This document shows, piece by piece, positions 38,929 through 52,790 of a DNA stretch of 53,992 nt. The first letter of the stretch is position 1. Each line of letters starts with the position of its first letter. Under the pieces are notes generated by a model. That model did not search any database and was not told the DNA's origin. It was given only the letters and a program-made list of their open reading frames with translations. Both the position numbers and the translations under genes were made by a program. Origin of the DNA: Octopus bimaculoides (lineage: Eukaryota); contig NC_068992.1 of the NCBI RefSeq assembly GCF_001194135.2, forward strand, positions 12,845,884 through 12,899,875. Reading direction: 5' to 3'.

Positions 38929-40563
38929 TTAACTACAAGGCAAATATTTGCATGAGGATGTCGATAGAAAACGGCGTTTTATTCGCCCGAGACCCCAATA
39001 AAACTGCAGGGGCCTTAAGGAGAATTACTTCATTGAGGAAAGAAACCAATCGTCTCCAAAGAGAAGGTATGCAAATGCATTGCTCTCTTCAGATGTCATG
39101 CGCAATGCAGCAGGTGAGCAAGAGACTTGTTGTGCATGGCGCAAACAGGGAACCTTGCCAACCACTGCTTTAAGCTGAAACTGATAAAAGGAATATGTAT
39201 GCATATATATAATTTATACTTTATATGCGTATATATATTTCATGTAACGAAATTATTAAGTGACTTTTTATCTTTCCCTATCTAAGGGAAAGACAGAGGG
39301 AAAGTGGGAGAGACAGAGACAGAGAGATACCTGCACACAGACAGAGACCAATATTTATACAGACGAGCATCGGTGTGCAATCGTCGAATATATGAGTGTG
39401 ACTAATGTTTCTATGGCATGTGTGCTTGCACGATTGTATCTATGAATGTATGTCTGCATGAGTGTATGAGTGTATGTGTTTGTGTATATGTGTGTAAGCG
39501 TGTATTTGTGACACTGTCAGTTTGAGTGTATTATGAAAGTTTACGTAAGTTGTAGACATGTTTGTGCTTATGATTAAGCAGTTAATTATAGTCGCACAAA
39601 TCTCGAGGAAGAAAATAAAGTGTGGTTAAAATTTACTAGGAGACAATGCAAATGAGATAATCAGATCGGTATTTGCACATAAGCCATTCCAGCACTGATT
39701 AGAATGTAATTAGATTTACGTTCAACACAACTCACCAATCAAACACTTAAACCTATACTTTAATATCAGTAGACATATATTTCAAAACCGAGGAATAGGA
39801 ATTGTTATACAGATGATTGATTCTCGTGTTAACGATGATTGCGTTAAAGTTCTTTCCTAATTTTGTTTGATACTCTAACTTAAATTAGAGTGTGTTTAAC
39901 TTAGATTTCCTTAACTATGCATTTTCTTCTTCAGCAGATATTGTTCATATTACATATTGGAATATTAACGGTAACCGGAGATGAAAGATGTTGGTGGTTT
40001 TCTTTTTCATACATTACTTTTAACTGTAATGAATTAATTCAGTTTCTCTACTTGTGTTATTACTTTTCTTTTCTCTCAGTGCAAAAATTCGACTGTAGCG
40101 TCTCTTAACCAGTTCAATCACACCATTTCGTTACAAATGCTTATTTCATTCACATACGTTAGATAAAGAACTTGTAATACTGAAAAAAAAAATTGAATCT
40201 ATTAATATGTTAAAATATAGACCAACAGGGACCTTATCTAAAAATGATTGTAGATAAGGATAAATCGTTCGTCCCTGGTAAACGAATGAAGTTGCAGGCA
40301 CGATCTGTGCATGCCATCACGTATAAAATGAATGGTATATTTTTGAATTTCAATTGAGATGAGTAGGTATTTTAAGGGGAAATGGATTGTAAATAAATTT
40401 AAGTTTAGATTTGTTTCACTTTGATGACTTAGGAGTAATAGGAGATGGGAAATGTGGAAAGATTGAGTGGTTGAGGCCGGTTACTGGCAGGAGATTTTGG
40501 TAGTGTTGACGTTGGGTCAGTGGTAGTGTGAGAGAGAAAAAGGAGTGGTTGAAGTCGGTCAGT

Positions 40564-40586
40564 GTGAGTAGTAGTAGTAGTAGTAA

Positions 40587-40631
<45 letters not shown>

Positions 40632-40655
40632 CAGCAGCAGCAGCGGTGGTGGTGA
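40564..40655. repeat. Compound (AGT)n-(AGC)n-(GGT)n microsatellite
   Basis: Direct reading; source of the poly-Ser ORF. Confidence 0.9.
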
Positions 40656-41677
40656 CTGTGTTGAGTCAATTCTGTTAGACTGGTTTCTTGCTGTGGTTGT
40701 TGTTGGAACTATGTTAGTTGTTATTGTATATGTCTTTGTTTTTCTACTGATGATATCGTGGTTTTGTGGACTTATTTTTGATTCTTTGTCAGTTCGGGTT
40801 TATATGCATTTTTATTCTTAATTATGTCGAAATGGAAGAAGGTAGTTACGTAAATTTTCTTAAGTTTGTGCAAAAGCAAGAATACAGATAACAACAGTGA
40901 ATGGAATAAAATATTTAGTTTGCGGAATATCTTATGAGCATAGACAAGTATATTCGTGTACGGTACAATGTGGCAAATATAGTTAAAATATTGTTTTAAT
41001 TTCTGTGTATTTGTTTATGGAAATATTGTGCTCACGGTACAAAATAACGATAAGTGTAAATAATTCAAGGGTCCGAAACATGACATATATTTTCAGTTTA
41101 ATATCACTTCCACACGAAGTTAAACAACTGGAAAGAGTTTTGTGTTACTAAAATTATAGTTAAGGAGCAAACCTTAAATATCATTTTGAATTCGTTCCAA
41201 ACACTCACACAAATTTTAAGCTTCTCTTTGAACATGTTTTCACCACAATATCGATGAAAGAGGAAACAAGCTTTTTACAAAGCCGTTTCTGTGTAGTAGT
41301 TTTTAGATTGTGATTTATCTAACACAAAACGCATCTTGTCATATTTTCATCTAGATGCTATTAACGTACAGTCAAATGAATTGTCAAAATTCATAGAACA
41401 CAACGAAAAACAAAACGTAATAGAATTTCATAAATGACTCAGCGACAAAATACAGCTGCTTGAAAAATTCTTTCTTTGGAGATCCATTTCCGAACGGGTT
41501 AAAACCAATTTCTGAGAGATAAAGAAAAGAAAAGCACATTTTAATGATCGAATTATATTTATATCATCGTTATGCTATTTTTTTTATAGCCTATTTCGAT
41601 TATATTTTCGACAAGAAATAGATTAATAGTTTTATGGAATGAAAGAAAAAGAATGCTATGATTACATTCATACTTAC

Positions 41678-41794
41678 TACAGAAACTTGTAGAAAGTCTT
41701 GTAGAAATGCGACTTTAGATTCTATTTGCTTGGGGTCTTCAGTTAATAGCATTTTCATTACATTATGCAAAGAAGAACGTTTGGCGACATCCAT
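41678..41794 (-). CDS. Candidate ATG-containing exon (exon 41818-41678); product unknown
   Basis: Acceptor gtcttctcattcAG before 41818, ATG at 41794, 39 open codons MDVAKRSSLHNVMKMLLTEDPKQIESKVAFLQDFLQVSV, then donor GTA|GTAAGT. Confidence 0.25.
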
Positions 41795-44700
41795 ATAGGA
41801 ACTTAGTTACTATGTCAGCTGAATGAGAAGACCTTAATATATTACGGGTATTAATTTACAAAGATTAATGAGCTACCATACAAATTCAAAGTGGCATTGG
41901 CACGAATATTCTGTGTTATATACTAAACTAATTTTCCTAATTTTGAATTTATGTCCAACATTTCCTGATGACCACTATGATAACTATTATTTTATCCACA
42001 AAATACGCAGTTAACATCTTCACATATTTCATTTACTGATATAGAACTTATAATTTTATCTTGATTATCTTAGCATTCAGAATAGCAATTCGTTGAGGAA
42101 TTTTTCCAATGACAACAACTGTTATGTAATCTAAATTCACATCAAATGAATAAATAAAAGTACGTTAAGACAATACGTAAAATTCCGCAAAACTTAGTAC
42201 GCATGATCATGTTTCATTTCATTTTCATCTCATATAATTTTAAATACGTAATACCGTGCTGTCCATGGCAATTACAATTACCCAGTTTTGAAAATTTATC
42301 ATCCCCAAGACAACTGACAATAAATGCTTTTGCAGAATCTGGACAAAGTGATATTAAACATTTTCTCTAAAACTACATACGTATTTAAATGAAATAAAAA
42401 AATAATCAGTAATACCATCATTGAAATAAATATTGTCATATAAAAAATGTCACATCTCCACTCATGACCAAACACTGAATGTATATTAGTTTACAATAAG
42501 TAGATCGTAATTCGGTAGTACTCGTTACAACTTGCAAGCTGTTCGTGAACAAGTGAATGATGTATAATTCAATAGTTTCGGAGATCAAATTAACTCTTAC
42601 TGCACAATACATTTATTTATCCAGAGTAAATCACTTACTTTTCTTAGTGTTAAACCTTTTTTTCTTTTAGTAAAACTATTTTTTTTAATATATCATTCCT
42701 AAGATACTCGAGCGAATTTTTTTTTTTCACATTATTCATATTAAACATAACCTAGTAGATTGTGGAGTCAGTTTCAGCGCTTCTGCCTTCACATGCACGA
42801 ATTTATATATATTTTTTTCTTCTGAAGTTACATATAGAAAGAAGAGAAGCTGTGTGAGCGATTTGAAAGACGCAGGAAATATTTAGATATGAAATATTCT
42901 GTTGTTTGCAGAAATTGGGCACAGTGAGCATATACATTAGATGTGCGTGGTAGAATAATCTTGAATAACAATGTCAGTGTTAGCCTATTGAGAGTTACTT
43001 TGATTATTTTTATCTAATTTAGATTGATAAGCGTTTGGTTGTTTTTCGCAGGCCATGTATTTCTTCATAAATTAAGCAAAAATTGTAACAGATTCACTAA
43101 AATTACCGGATCTTAATATAACCTTCTCTTCAATAGTAATTATTTTCGAATCTCAACTATTTCTCACGTCAATTATATAACAAGAAATTATAGTATTGCA
43201 CACGAGACATTCTCATTTTATATCGCTAGCCCATACATTACCACCTCCATTATTATGAATTTGACCGAACCAATCTATTGTTATTTATTTAAATATATAG
43301 AGATCTGTGAAAATTACTTGATATGTACATGTGTATGTACATGTTTTGTATTCACTATGTAGGAAAATCTATTGCGTTCCACATGTGTGAAACTTTGAAA
43401 AATAATTATGTAATTTACACACACACGCATGTTATAATTCACAGACATGGATAGATGAAGTAACATACATATACATACCTAATATTCACACATTCCATGT
43501 AACATTTTGATTTCTCTTAAGAGAAACTGACATATTTTCCAATGAACGTACTCACCTACATGAACAAACTAAATAACAAATACTTACAAATATATTTACG
43601 TATTTAGTTATACACACTCATATACTCTAAGTTCGTACAACTCTCCCACCTAAACTGATAAATATGACATCGTCTTCGGGAACTTGATTATTCGACGTGC
43701 AACAGAAAATTATAGACGCGAAATGGTTATATTCATTGATACGTGAACAACTTTTAATTTTAAGTTAAATCACACTGATACATTCACTATGACCACGTCA
43801 TTTTGGAATTTTCCGAAGTGTTTTAATGAAATATTTGTGTCACATCGTTTATCGTCCAGTGATAAAATTTAAACAAAAATGTCACTATTTCATTCCAATA
43901 AAATGCATCAACCAGAATTCTCTGCTCTATGGCAGGCTGAAGAATGTTGATATTGAGCATGCAGATTCAACAAGTTGGTGTTTATTGGTATCACTATGCA
44001 GAATGGCTTGCAGATCAATAGTGTATTAGTTGTATTAAATGATTTGGTGGTCGTAGAATATAATAATATTGTTAAGAGGTTTGATAGACTAACGTAAATT
44101 TGATATCATGCGGATGTTCCGTATTCCCTTTTTTTAAATAAAAAGATTAGTAACCATTTGTTCATAGTGTTTGCTATTGCAATTGAGCGCTCAGATCTAC
44201 TTTAGCCCTACCAGTTCGCATTACGTAATACGAAGATTTACTTGTTATTTGTTGTAGAAAATAAGATCACGCATATGCTCCCAAGGTAGCCGATAGGAAA
44301 CCCGGTGGCGAGACAAGGACGATAAAGCCTGCTTATTATTTTTAGCTATCATGCGATGTGTTTACGTATATTTTCTATTCAAAATCACCGGAATTTTCAT
44401 GTAATATCTCTTATCTTCTACGGAAATCTTGATCCCAATGATGGTACGTACAAAAGATTCCAGACATCTTTTTCTTAAAAGATGACAAAATTATTATAGG
44501 ACTAAATCTGACAGCCAAATCCAAAAATAATATTTTAAAATGAATTAAATTTCGGTAGCAGTTCTTATTCGACACACGTATATGTGCAGGAAAAGGAGAG
44601 CATTTTTTGATATTGATAAAAGTGATAGAAATTAAAAATTCCTAAGTTATCATGTCACTACTGGCCTCATTGCTTGCATATCTTTTATTCAAATAGTTCT

Positions 44701-47700
44701 AATCCAAATTTTCACACTGAAATAGACAGCTATATTAACAATCTTAATAATAGCTTATACAAATGATTCAATGTAAAGTAAAATCATAAGTCAAGAGACA
44801 TTGTGGTTATACCCCTCGACAACCAAACGTCTCCCTATACCTAACTCGATCATTAACCTCGTGAATTTTAGCGACCTTCCTCCTCAATATTTTTATGATG
44901 TTACTTAGCCAAATTCTTCTTGGCATGATTCGCCTTTTCATTTGTTTGAAATATATTTTATATTTGTGTCTTTGAATATTTGACAGTGCTTTCCTTTCAA
45001 TGTCTGTGAGTGGAATAGGTTCGAATGGCCTTGCAGTTGAGATAACGATAGAAATGCATTTGTATAATTCTAGTTTATACGATTATCTTTTATGTGTTGC
45101 ATTTCATTGAAACATCATATTTCTTATTAATAATAAATTACTGTAGAGTAGAAAATAGTTTGGACTCACTAATTTGACTATTACCGTGAAAACTCACAGA
45201 ATCTGAGTATTGCAACCCCTAGCAACTGATTTGTGTCACTACAGGGAACGATCCACAATCTTGTAAAAATACATGATATTAGATGTTCCAGTGCCGTCTC
45301 GTTGGTTTCAAATACTCCTTGTATTCAAAATGCGCTTGGTAAATTTTCTTTCCCTCCAAAAGGCAAAGAAGAAAATGTTCATAACATCAGTAGTGGAAGT
45401 CAAGGAATCAATCGTCAATTTCACGATTTTACTGTCGTAATCTTAACACCTTACTGCTAACCTATAAGCAGGATGATGTGCTTAAATCTAGCAAATAAAC
45501 TCAAACTTTTTTAACTTCAGTGTATTCTATCAAAACATCACTGTGCAGCTACTCGGTGAAAATGAAATAGCAGCCAAATCTCATTTAAGTCTCAACTGAC
45601 CTGATTGAATGGGGAAAATAACATTCATATTTTTTTTCTCTCCACACATTACAAAAGGTGGTGGAGAAGCCCTATTTTTTGTGTCTGTAATACTACTCAA
45701 GTTTCGTTGAAATAGACCCTGTTTGTGAAAATATTATTTGCCGACAGTGAGAATTGTACCAAATGATAAGAAATGACAGTGCGATTACGCAACAAAACCT
45801 AAATCGCCATAAAAGCATATTTTATCGGCTTAAAGAGGAAAATTAAAAGCATTAAATAATTTAATTTAATCATAGATACTTTTAAAACGTTAGTATGATC
45901 ATTGCTGGAATGACGGCAGTTTATTCAAAATTGCAACAAAAACACAGTGCTTATATGTAGGATACTATTCTACCTGGCTTCTAATACTAGTTATATTTCG
46001 TTTCTCTTTTGTTTCATTTATGAGATTTCATAACTGACAATTAAGTTTTAACAAATGTGAAATTAAAGAAGAAATCATGAAAAAAAGCAAAAAACAACTG
46101 TAAATATTTTTTTCCCAAACAAACATTTCATTTGAAATTAGCATATTTCGTTTTGAAAATCATCATTTCATTCCATTAAAACGTGAATTTATTCCCTTTG
46201 CAGAACCGGTCAGTTAATTCGTCAAAACAGAAGACTGTGGAATTATTCATAGCTATAATATTGATTCAACATAAAATTGCATTTATATTTCCAGAGGAAA
46301 TTAGATAGCAAATGAACATTTACATATATTACCTGAAAAAAAAAGCAACTTATTAATTATATGCTATTTATTCAAAGTCCAAATAACTTCATATAGAAAT
46401 ATAAAGGTATTTCTATGTTTAAGTTTCAAACACCTATACATTACAAGGAGGGAGAAATATATTATTATGCCGTTCGAATGTTTCCCGACGATATTACCGA
46501 AAGAGAAAATCGAATTTAGTTTATGCTGTTACCTCATTAGCAGAATAGCTCTTGTATTGCAGTGTAAGCCATTTACTAGATTAAATGTATAACCATTTGA
46601 TATATTAATGATTTTCTATATTGGTACATTAACATACATTTACGCCCGAGTGTGTAGCCTACGCAAATAAGTCGATGAGATTTTTTAACATGTGATTCTT
46701 TTCTCTCTCGTTGAAATTACAGGCCGTGAGATTTGAAATCAAATTGAACAGTGGTGTAAATATTTACCGAACAATTTTCCCCTATCTTCATTGCTAGAAT
46801 ACAAATTTGATTTCTGAATTTGAGTCATTGATTTTTTTAAGTTACACATTTTGAATGTGGGCATGGACGATATGGTTCACCCCATTGTATATGGAATATA
46901 ATTACATCGGCTTCAGAAAGCAAGACAGCAAAGGGAATACCATAATATGTAACGAGGAAAAGTTGTGGACGTACATAAATGCTTTTTTTTGTGTTTGTTT
47001 TATTTAAATGGTAGCAGATGTACATACAATTTAATTCTAGGTTAATTACGTAAATATTTGCAAAAGAATAATGCCAAGATGAAGCCGGCTTTCAAACATT
47101 TGTGTCATTGACACATTTATTGAAAGCTCATACTATTCTCTAGTCCCATCCTTAGGCTAGTAGTGTACATTCATTGTCTATTTCAAAAGATTTTCTATTA
47201 CAGAATAGGTCCTGGTTCATTCAATACAGCTACGTTACTTTGAAAGGATGCGCCTGGTCTTACTCATTAAATTCATCAGTTTGTGACAAAATATAAGCAT
47301 AGACACACATATAGTATAACAACAAGACACTAACACGTACAAAATCAGTCTAACTTTAAAGGTAGAACGGGCAAGAAAAAGTAAAGAGGAAACTGAGAAT
47401 GTAAATAATAACAAAGTATTATATTACATGAAGATCACTGAAATGCGGTACAAATTGATTTCAGGCAAGTAAGATCCAATGCGAAAGGTGAGATGTGTAC
47501 GCATTAATTATATGAGTATGTATGATAGAGTGAATACATCAGAATAAGAGCTATGGGTGCGATGTGGTCAGAATGTAAATGCAAATACAAACAACGTAAA
47601 ATTGTGTTGTAGAAATATATCAAAAACGAAGAAAAAGTGATATATATTTATCGAATAGTTGTATATCACGAATTTTTAGATTGAATGAATAGTTTACACC

Positions 47701-47752
47701 TATTTCCTATATTTCGATATGTAACTGATATATATATTTATATATATATATA

Positions 47753-47803
47753 TACACCACCTGTCTTCGTCTGAAAAAACAACAGACGGAGACAGGTGGT
47801 GTA
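47753..47803. repeat. 21-bp inverted repeat with a 9-nt loop
   Basis: TACACCACCTGTCTTCGTCTG / CAGACGGAGACAGGTGGTGTA; 20 Watson-Crick pairs plus one G-U on the plus-strand RNA. Confidence 0.9.
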
Positions 47804-47831
47804 AACAACAAATGGATGTATTAGTATAACG

Positions 47832-47876
<45 letters not shown>

Positions 47877-49338
47877 GCATGTTCGACTGACAAAACTTTC
47901 GTATATAAACATTTAGCACAAACTCGTAAATCCACTCAAAGCACGGTAACCGACACCGACATGGTTATGTGGTAGTCTACACCATATACACTCTGAGATG
48001 TAACATGTAAGTTGTATTTTATCATATTAACGTCGATTGAGACCTTGCATTCATTAATCTCAAGCTCGCAATGAATGTCTCTTTGCTGATATCTTGTTGA
48101 ACACGTTCAACTCTACAGTAATTAATGTTATTCGTCGGGGCGTTCTTCACCTGCAGCCATACTACTGTATAATTCATAAAACTAGCTAGTCTCACCTTAT
48201 GCCCCTCCCTAAGGTATATATATATCAAACAATAAGTCTCTAAATAACTTTAATCCAAGCATTTAAATCGGAGAAACATGCATCGAATGTTGGTGATCCG
48301 TCTCTGCCACTGATTCTCACGTAATTTAGCAGCTTCATTATATGGATACATGTAACAACTCTGATAGAAATAATCAGGAATCTTATGGCAGAAGTCGGAG
48401 GAATAATAAGAGAGGATAAAATGTGTAATTTGAATGGTGGCTATTAGTGAAAATTTGAAAGGTCTCCTGAGATAACAAATGCAATGATGTAATACAAGAA
48501 AAAAAATAGACTGCATTTGTAAAGAATTTAACACAAAAAATAGTAATAAATGCGATTGTATTGATGAGTTCAGGAGATAAAATCGAAAGAGAGTAAAAGT
48601 GATATTCAATATTCGGTTGGGCACTCTTAATAATAGGTTGAAGTGTTTGGAATATAGATTTAACGGCAATTGAAATGCGGCTGAATTGGTATTTGTTTAT
48701 CCTTCAGGCAAATGACATTTATTGGCGTAGGTTTAGAGCTCCGAAAGTTAGCCGATGGCCCTTTCAACTAAGCGGAAGAGGGCGTAGGACAAAATAATCT
48801 GGAAGTGACTTGGTAATCGTTAATTTCACAAAATTTACGGGGTAGGTGAAAATAATTTGCAGTGAATTATTGAATTAGTGATTTCATACAATATTAAATT
48901 AGTAAACATTTTCTGTAGATTACGGAATGGAAAAATATAGGAAAAGCAATAAAAATTAGTTACTAGTGAAGATTACTAAAATTGAAGTTTTGCGGTTTGC
49001 AGAGGGTGTTGACAAGGAAAAGAATAAGGACAGTTTGTAATATATATGTGGCATGATGTGGAAGTCCCGTTTGGGATTATGTTACTGTTGTTTTAGCCCC
49101 AGGAAACGTCGTCTCCAGCTGGCTATACGACACACATTTATGGTAGTTAGCACATATGATTCGGTCAGATGTCACTATCTGCTATTCTAATTAAGTCCAG
49201 TAATTCCTTCGAAGATTAGGGCGTCCCCTCTTTTTCTTCGATGGAAAGGACGCATTCAACTGATTTGACAGTCCATTTACTAACATCTTCTCCAAAACAC
49301 ATTTTGCATTTATGGTAGTTAGCACATAAACACGCGAC

Positions 49339-49514
49339 GCGTTGTGTTCTTCAGCAAAACACTTCATTTCACGTTGCTCCAGTCCGTTCAGCTGGCAAAA
49401 ATGAGTATTGCTGCGATGGACTGGCGTCCCATCTAGCTGGGGAACACATACGCCATTGAAACCGGGAAACCGGTGCCATGAGCCTAGCCAGGCTTTAAAA
49501 GGGCGCATTTATTT
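49339..49514 (+). mobile_element. 5'-truncated SINE (family C) with a MetaSINE-like core
   Basis: AGCAAAACACTTCATTTCACGTTGCTCCAG...GCGATGGACTGGCGTCCCATCTAG...GAAACCGGGAAACCGG. The resemblance to the Meta domain is from recall only. Confidence 0.6.
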
Positions 49515-50806
49515 ATATATCAATGTATGTTTTAATTGCATTGCAGAATATGTGCAAAATTAATGTTGTTTGCGAAGAAAATTACGTTTATCATACAAAA
49601 CACGATAAAATTATGTAACAGGACTGTATGTTTGCAATACACTTCATGTTTCTGCTCTTCGTATTTTTCCCCTTTCTGTCGTCTATTAGAAACATTATAA
49701 ACATTATTTATGAATTTCGCCACTGTACATAACTTTATTATGGATTGACGCTAATGTCGAAGGCATACCTCCATTAACTGTAATAAACCGAGGAAAAAGC
49801 AAGCTACTTTTCATTGCATTTACTTTTCTTACTTTTTGATTTGATTTCAAAATTACATGTAATTGTACAGAACAAAACTATTTTACTAAGGGGTGAATGG
49901 CTGATTATTATTTCACATATTCATGTATGGATACGATATTTATCATTGATGATGTAAATGTGCAAGCGGAATGGTTGTTTAATCTGGATTTTAAACAAAA
50001 TATGAAAGGTTGTAAACCTGTTGGTTGTCTGAGAAGCTATGATAGGCACAGGGTTTGAATGCATTTGACAGATCGTAGAATGAAGTGCTTGTATAAAACA
50101 ATTTTAGTTTAGAATATTTAAACTGTCAGTGACCAGGAGCAATCTGGATTCTGTGTAAAGTGTTCAGGCATCTTAGATGAAATAATTTTGCTCAAACTGA
50201 AAATCAAGTGTGAAACAAAACTTTACCCAAGTGTTAAAATCGGCACCCAAGAATACATTAGTCATTCTTATTTTATTTTCCCTTTGTTAAAACTTCATTG
50301 TAAAAACGTAAAAAGGGGCAAATTTCTTGATAAATATAACAGTACACAAGTGTAGAAGAGACTCAATATTTGGAGTACAATTCGAGATGATGATGTTAGT
50401 GAACTGCTTCTCGTAGTATTTCTCTATCTGGGAGAATCTGATTCTACAATACAAAATTTTAATTTTTGGTTTTGATTGTATTTAATTATGTGTCTTTTCT
50501 TTAATAATTTCTTAAATATTTGTTTACGTGAAATACGTATTCAAATCACAAATACGATATGTAATAAATGTGTTTTATCAGTAACAGACAATATACGTCA
50601 AATGGTACGATTAGAAATGGCTCACCTTTAAAACCGTGCAATAAATATATTCTGATATGTGAACTGTGTGCAGTTGTTGATAAAAAGAATTACTTCTGTT
50701 GTATTCATTCATATAGACAAATATGTGTGTGTGAGAGGAGTGAGTGAGAATTGAGTATGTATGCATATATTGATAATGTATATATATATATAGATATGAA
50801 CAAATT

Positions 50807-50859
<53 letters not shown>

Positions 50860-50879
50860 ACATGTACATATATACAATT

Positions 50880-50934
<55 letters not shown>

Positions 50935-51948
50935 CACACTCATATATACATATATATATGTATGTGTGTGTGTGTGTGTATAATTTGTTAAAGAAATGGA
51001 AAAACTATTGGTACATAAATATAAAATTCACCAACATTTTATCGAATGGGGTTGTTATGCTAATATACAAACACAGACGCACTCATACGCGTGTATACAT
51101 GAGTGAGTGCAAGTATGTGTGTGTGACTGTATATACGGGGAGTAAATATGCACTGTGTAGAGGAGTAAAAAGAAAGAAGAGCCAAACAGACTGCAATTTG
51201 GCTGCAAGTTTGTTGAACCTTAATTCTGCTATCTTGATTACAATCATATATCAATCTTCCTGGAATTATTGGCGGGCTTCTATGTAATTTTTTTTCCCAT
51301 AAAGTTAAACCAACAGCATAAAGTTTATCTGTCACTGCAAAACCATTATTTCTCTTATCATATGTTATCACCTGAAGTATATGTGCTTCCTGAGTTTATA
51401 TCTTTCTATGCCCAAAGTTACCATTAAATAATAAAAGGGATTTCTCTGTTTGGCACCAAGCCATAACTGTTATTGGATATAGGAAATTTAAACGGCTCAA
51501 TTACCTGTGACGTGTGCATGAATTTTGTCGTCCAAATGACGCAAATCCACAGAAAACTGGGTAAAATTTGAACTCAGAATAGAAACCTATTACATATAGC
51601 GTTTGCGTTTTTTAACATAGGCACAAGCCCGAAATTGTGGCTGTTATAACAAGCGAGGACTGAATTGGTAATTATTTTATCATGACAGGATACATGGCAT
51701 TTACAGTCGTAGAGCGCTCATAGCGATTACTGGATTCCACATTTGACTCTCTGATAAACCTCGCTCCCACCTCCCATACTTAAATATTACTTGAATATTA
51801 CTAACTCTGGCACACAAAAGAAGCTATCATTTAGTGAATAATGTATAATCAATCTCTGAAAATCAGAATAATGATTCATGTAAATATTCCCTTCCACTGA
51901 TTTGTGGAAAACAATATAATATTGACCAGTATTAAAACAATCTGAGAT

Positions 51949-52137
51949 GTCGAGTAAAATGCTTACCGGCATTTCGTCCTCTTTACGTTCAGAGTTCAAA
52001 TTCCGTAGAGGTCGATGTTGACCTTTCATTTTTTTCGATTTCGATAAAAGAAGTATCAGTTGACCAGCTATATGGGTCGATGTAATAGATTCACACGCTC
52101 CCGGAATAGTTGGTTTTGTGCCAAAACATTAACGAAC
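51949..52137 (+). mobile_element. tRNA-derived SINE (family B), best-preserved copy in the window
   Basis: AAAATGCTTACCGGCATTTCGTCC..ACGTTCAGAGTTCAAATTCCGTAGAGGTCGAT contains a B-box-like GTTCAAATTCC; colinear with copies at 8763, 11351 and 27990. Confidence 0.78.
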
Positions 52138-52145
52138 TATACACA

Positions 52146-52151
52146 CACTGA

Positions 52152-52220
<69 letters not shown>
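52146..52220. repeat. (CA)n microsatellite
   Basis: Direct reading. Confidence 0.95.
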
Positions 52221-52221
<1 letters not shown>

Positions 52222-52493
52222 CAAACACACACACAAACACAAATATATACATGCATGCAGGTACATTTATCATACATACAAACGTACATACATAGAGGTA
52301 CATTTGTCATTAACATCAGATGCACTTCATTTATTTCAAGTGGGCAATCGGTATATGACATTTAAATCTTGTACATTGTTGAAAACCATCTCACTTGCGG
52401 TATTCGTCTCAGGAAAACATCCTTTATTGAAGTTTACGGTTCAAAAAAGAACAGCGGCTCGGCAGTGGGGAACAATAGAATGTCAAACAGAGC

Positions 52494-52511
52494 GGGAGAG
52501 AGGCAGAGAGG

Positions 52512-52557
<46 letters not shown>

Positions 52558-52790
52558 CAGAGAGCGACTGAGAGAGATAGAGAGCGAGAGAGACAGAGCG
52601 CGAGAGAGACAGAGAGCGAGAGAGACAGAGAGCAAGAGAGAGTGAGAGAGAGAGACAGAGGGAGAGAGGGCGAGAGAAAGACAGACAGAGAAAGACAGAC
52701 TGAGAGAGAGAGGCATAGAGAGAAAGTCAGAGAGAGAGAGGGAGAAGGAGAGAGAGAAAGTGTGACAGAGAGAGAGAGGGAGAGAGAGGG
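52494..52790. repeat. Long (AG)n/AGAC-rich polypurine tract
   Basis: Direct reading; source of the ERER ORFs. Confidence 0.92.

Noticed and set aside
46842-46945. EGF-like ECGHGRYGSPHC after a poly-T acceptor
   Set aside because: Only two cysteines; the frame ends in a stop with no donor.
48250-48669. 139-aa minus-strand ORF
   Set aside because: Composition typical of the antisense of A-rich DNA; no motif and no consistent splice pair.
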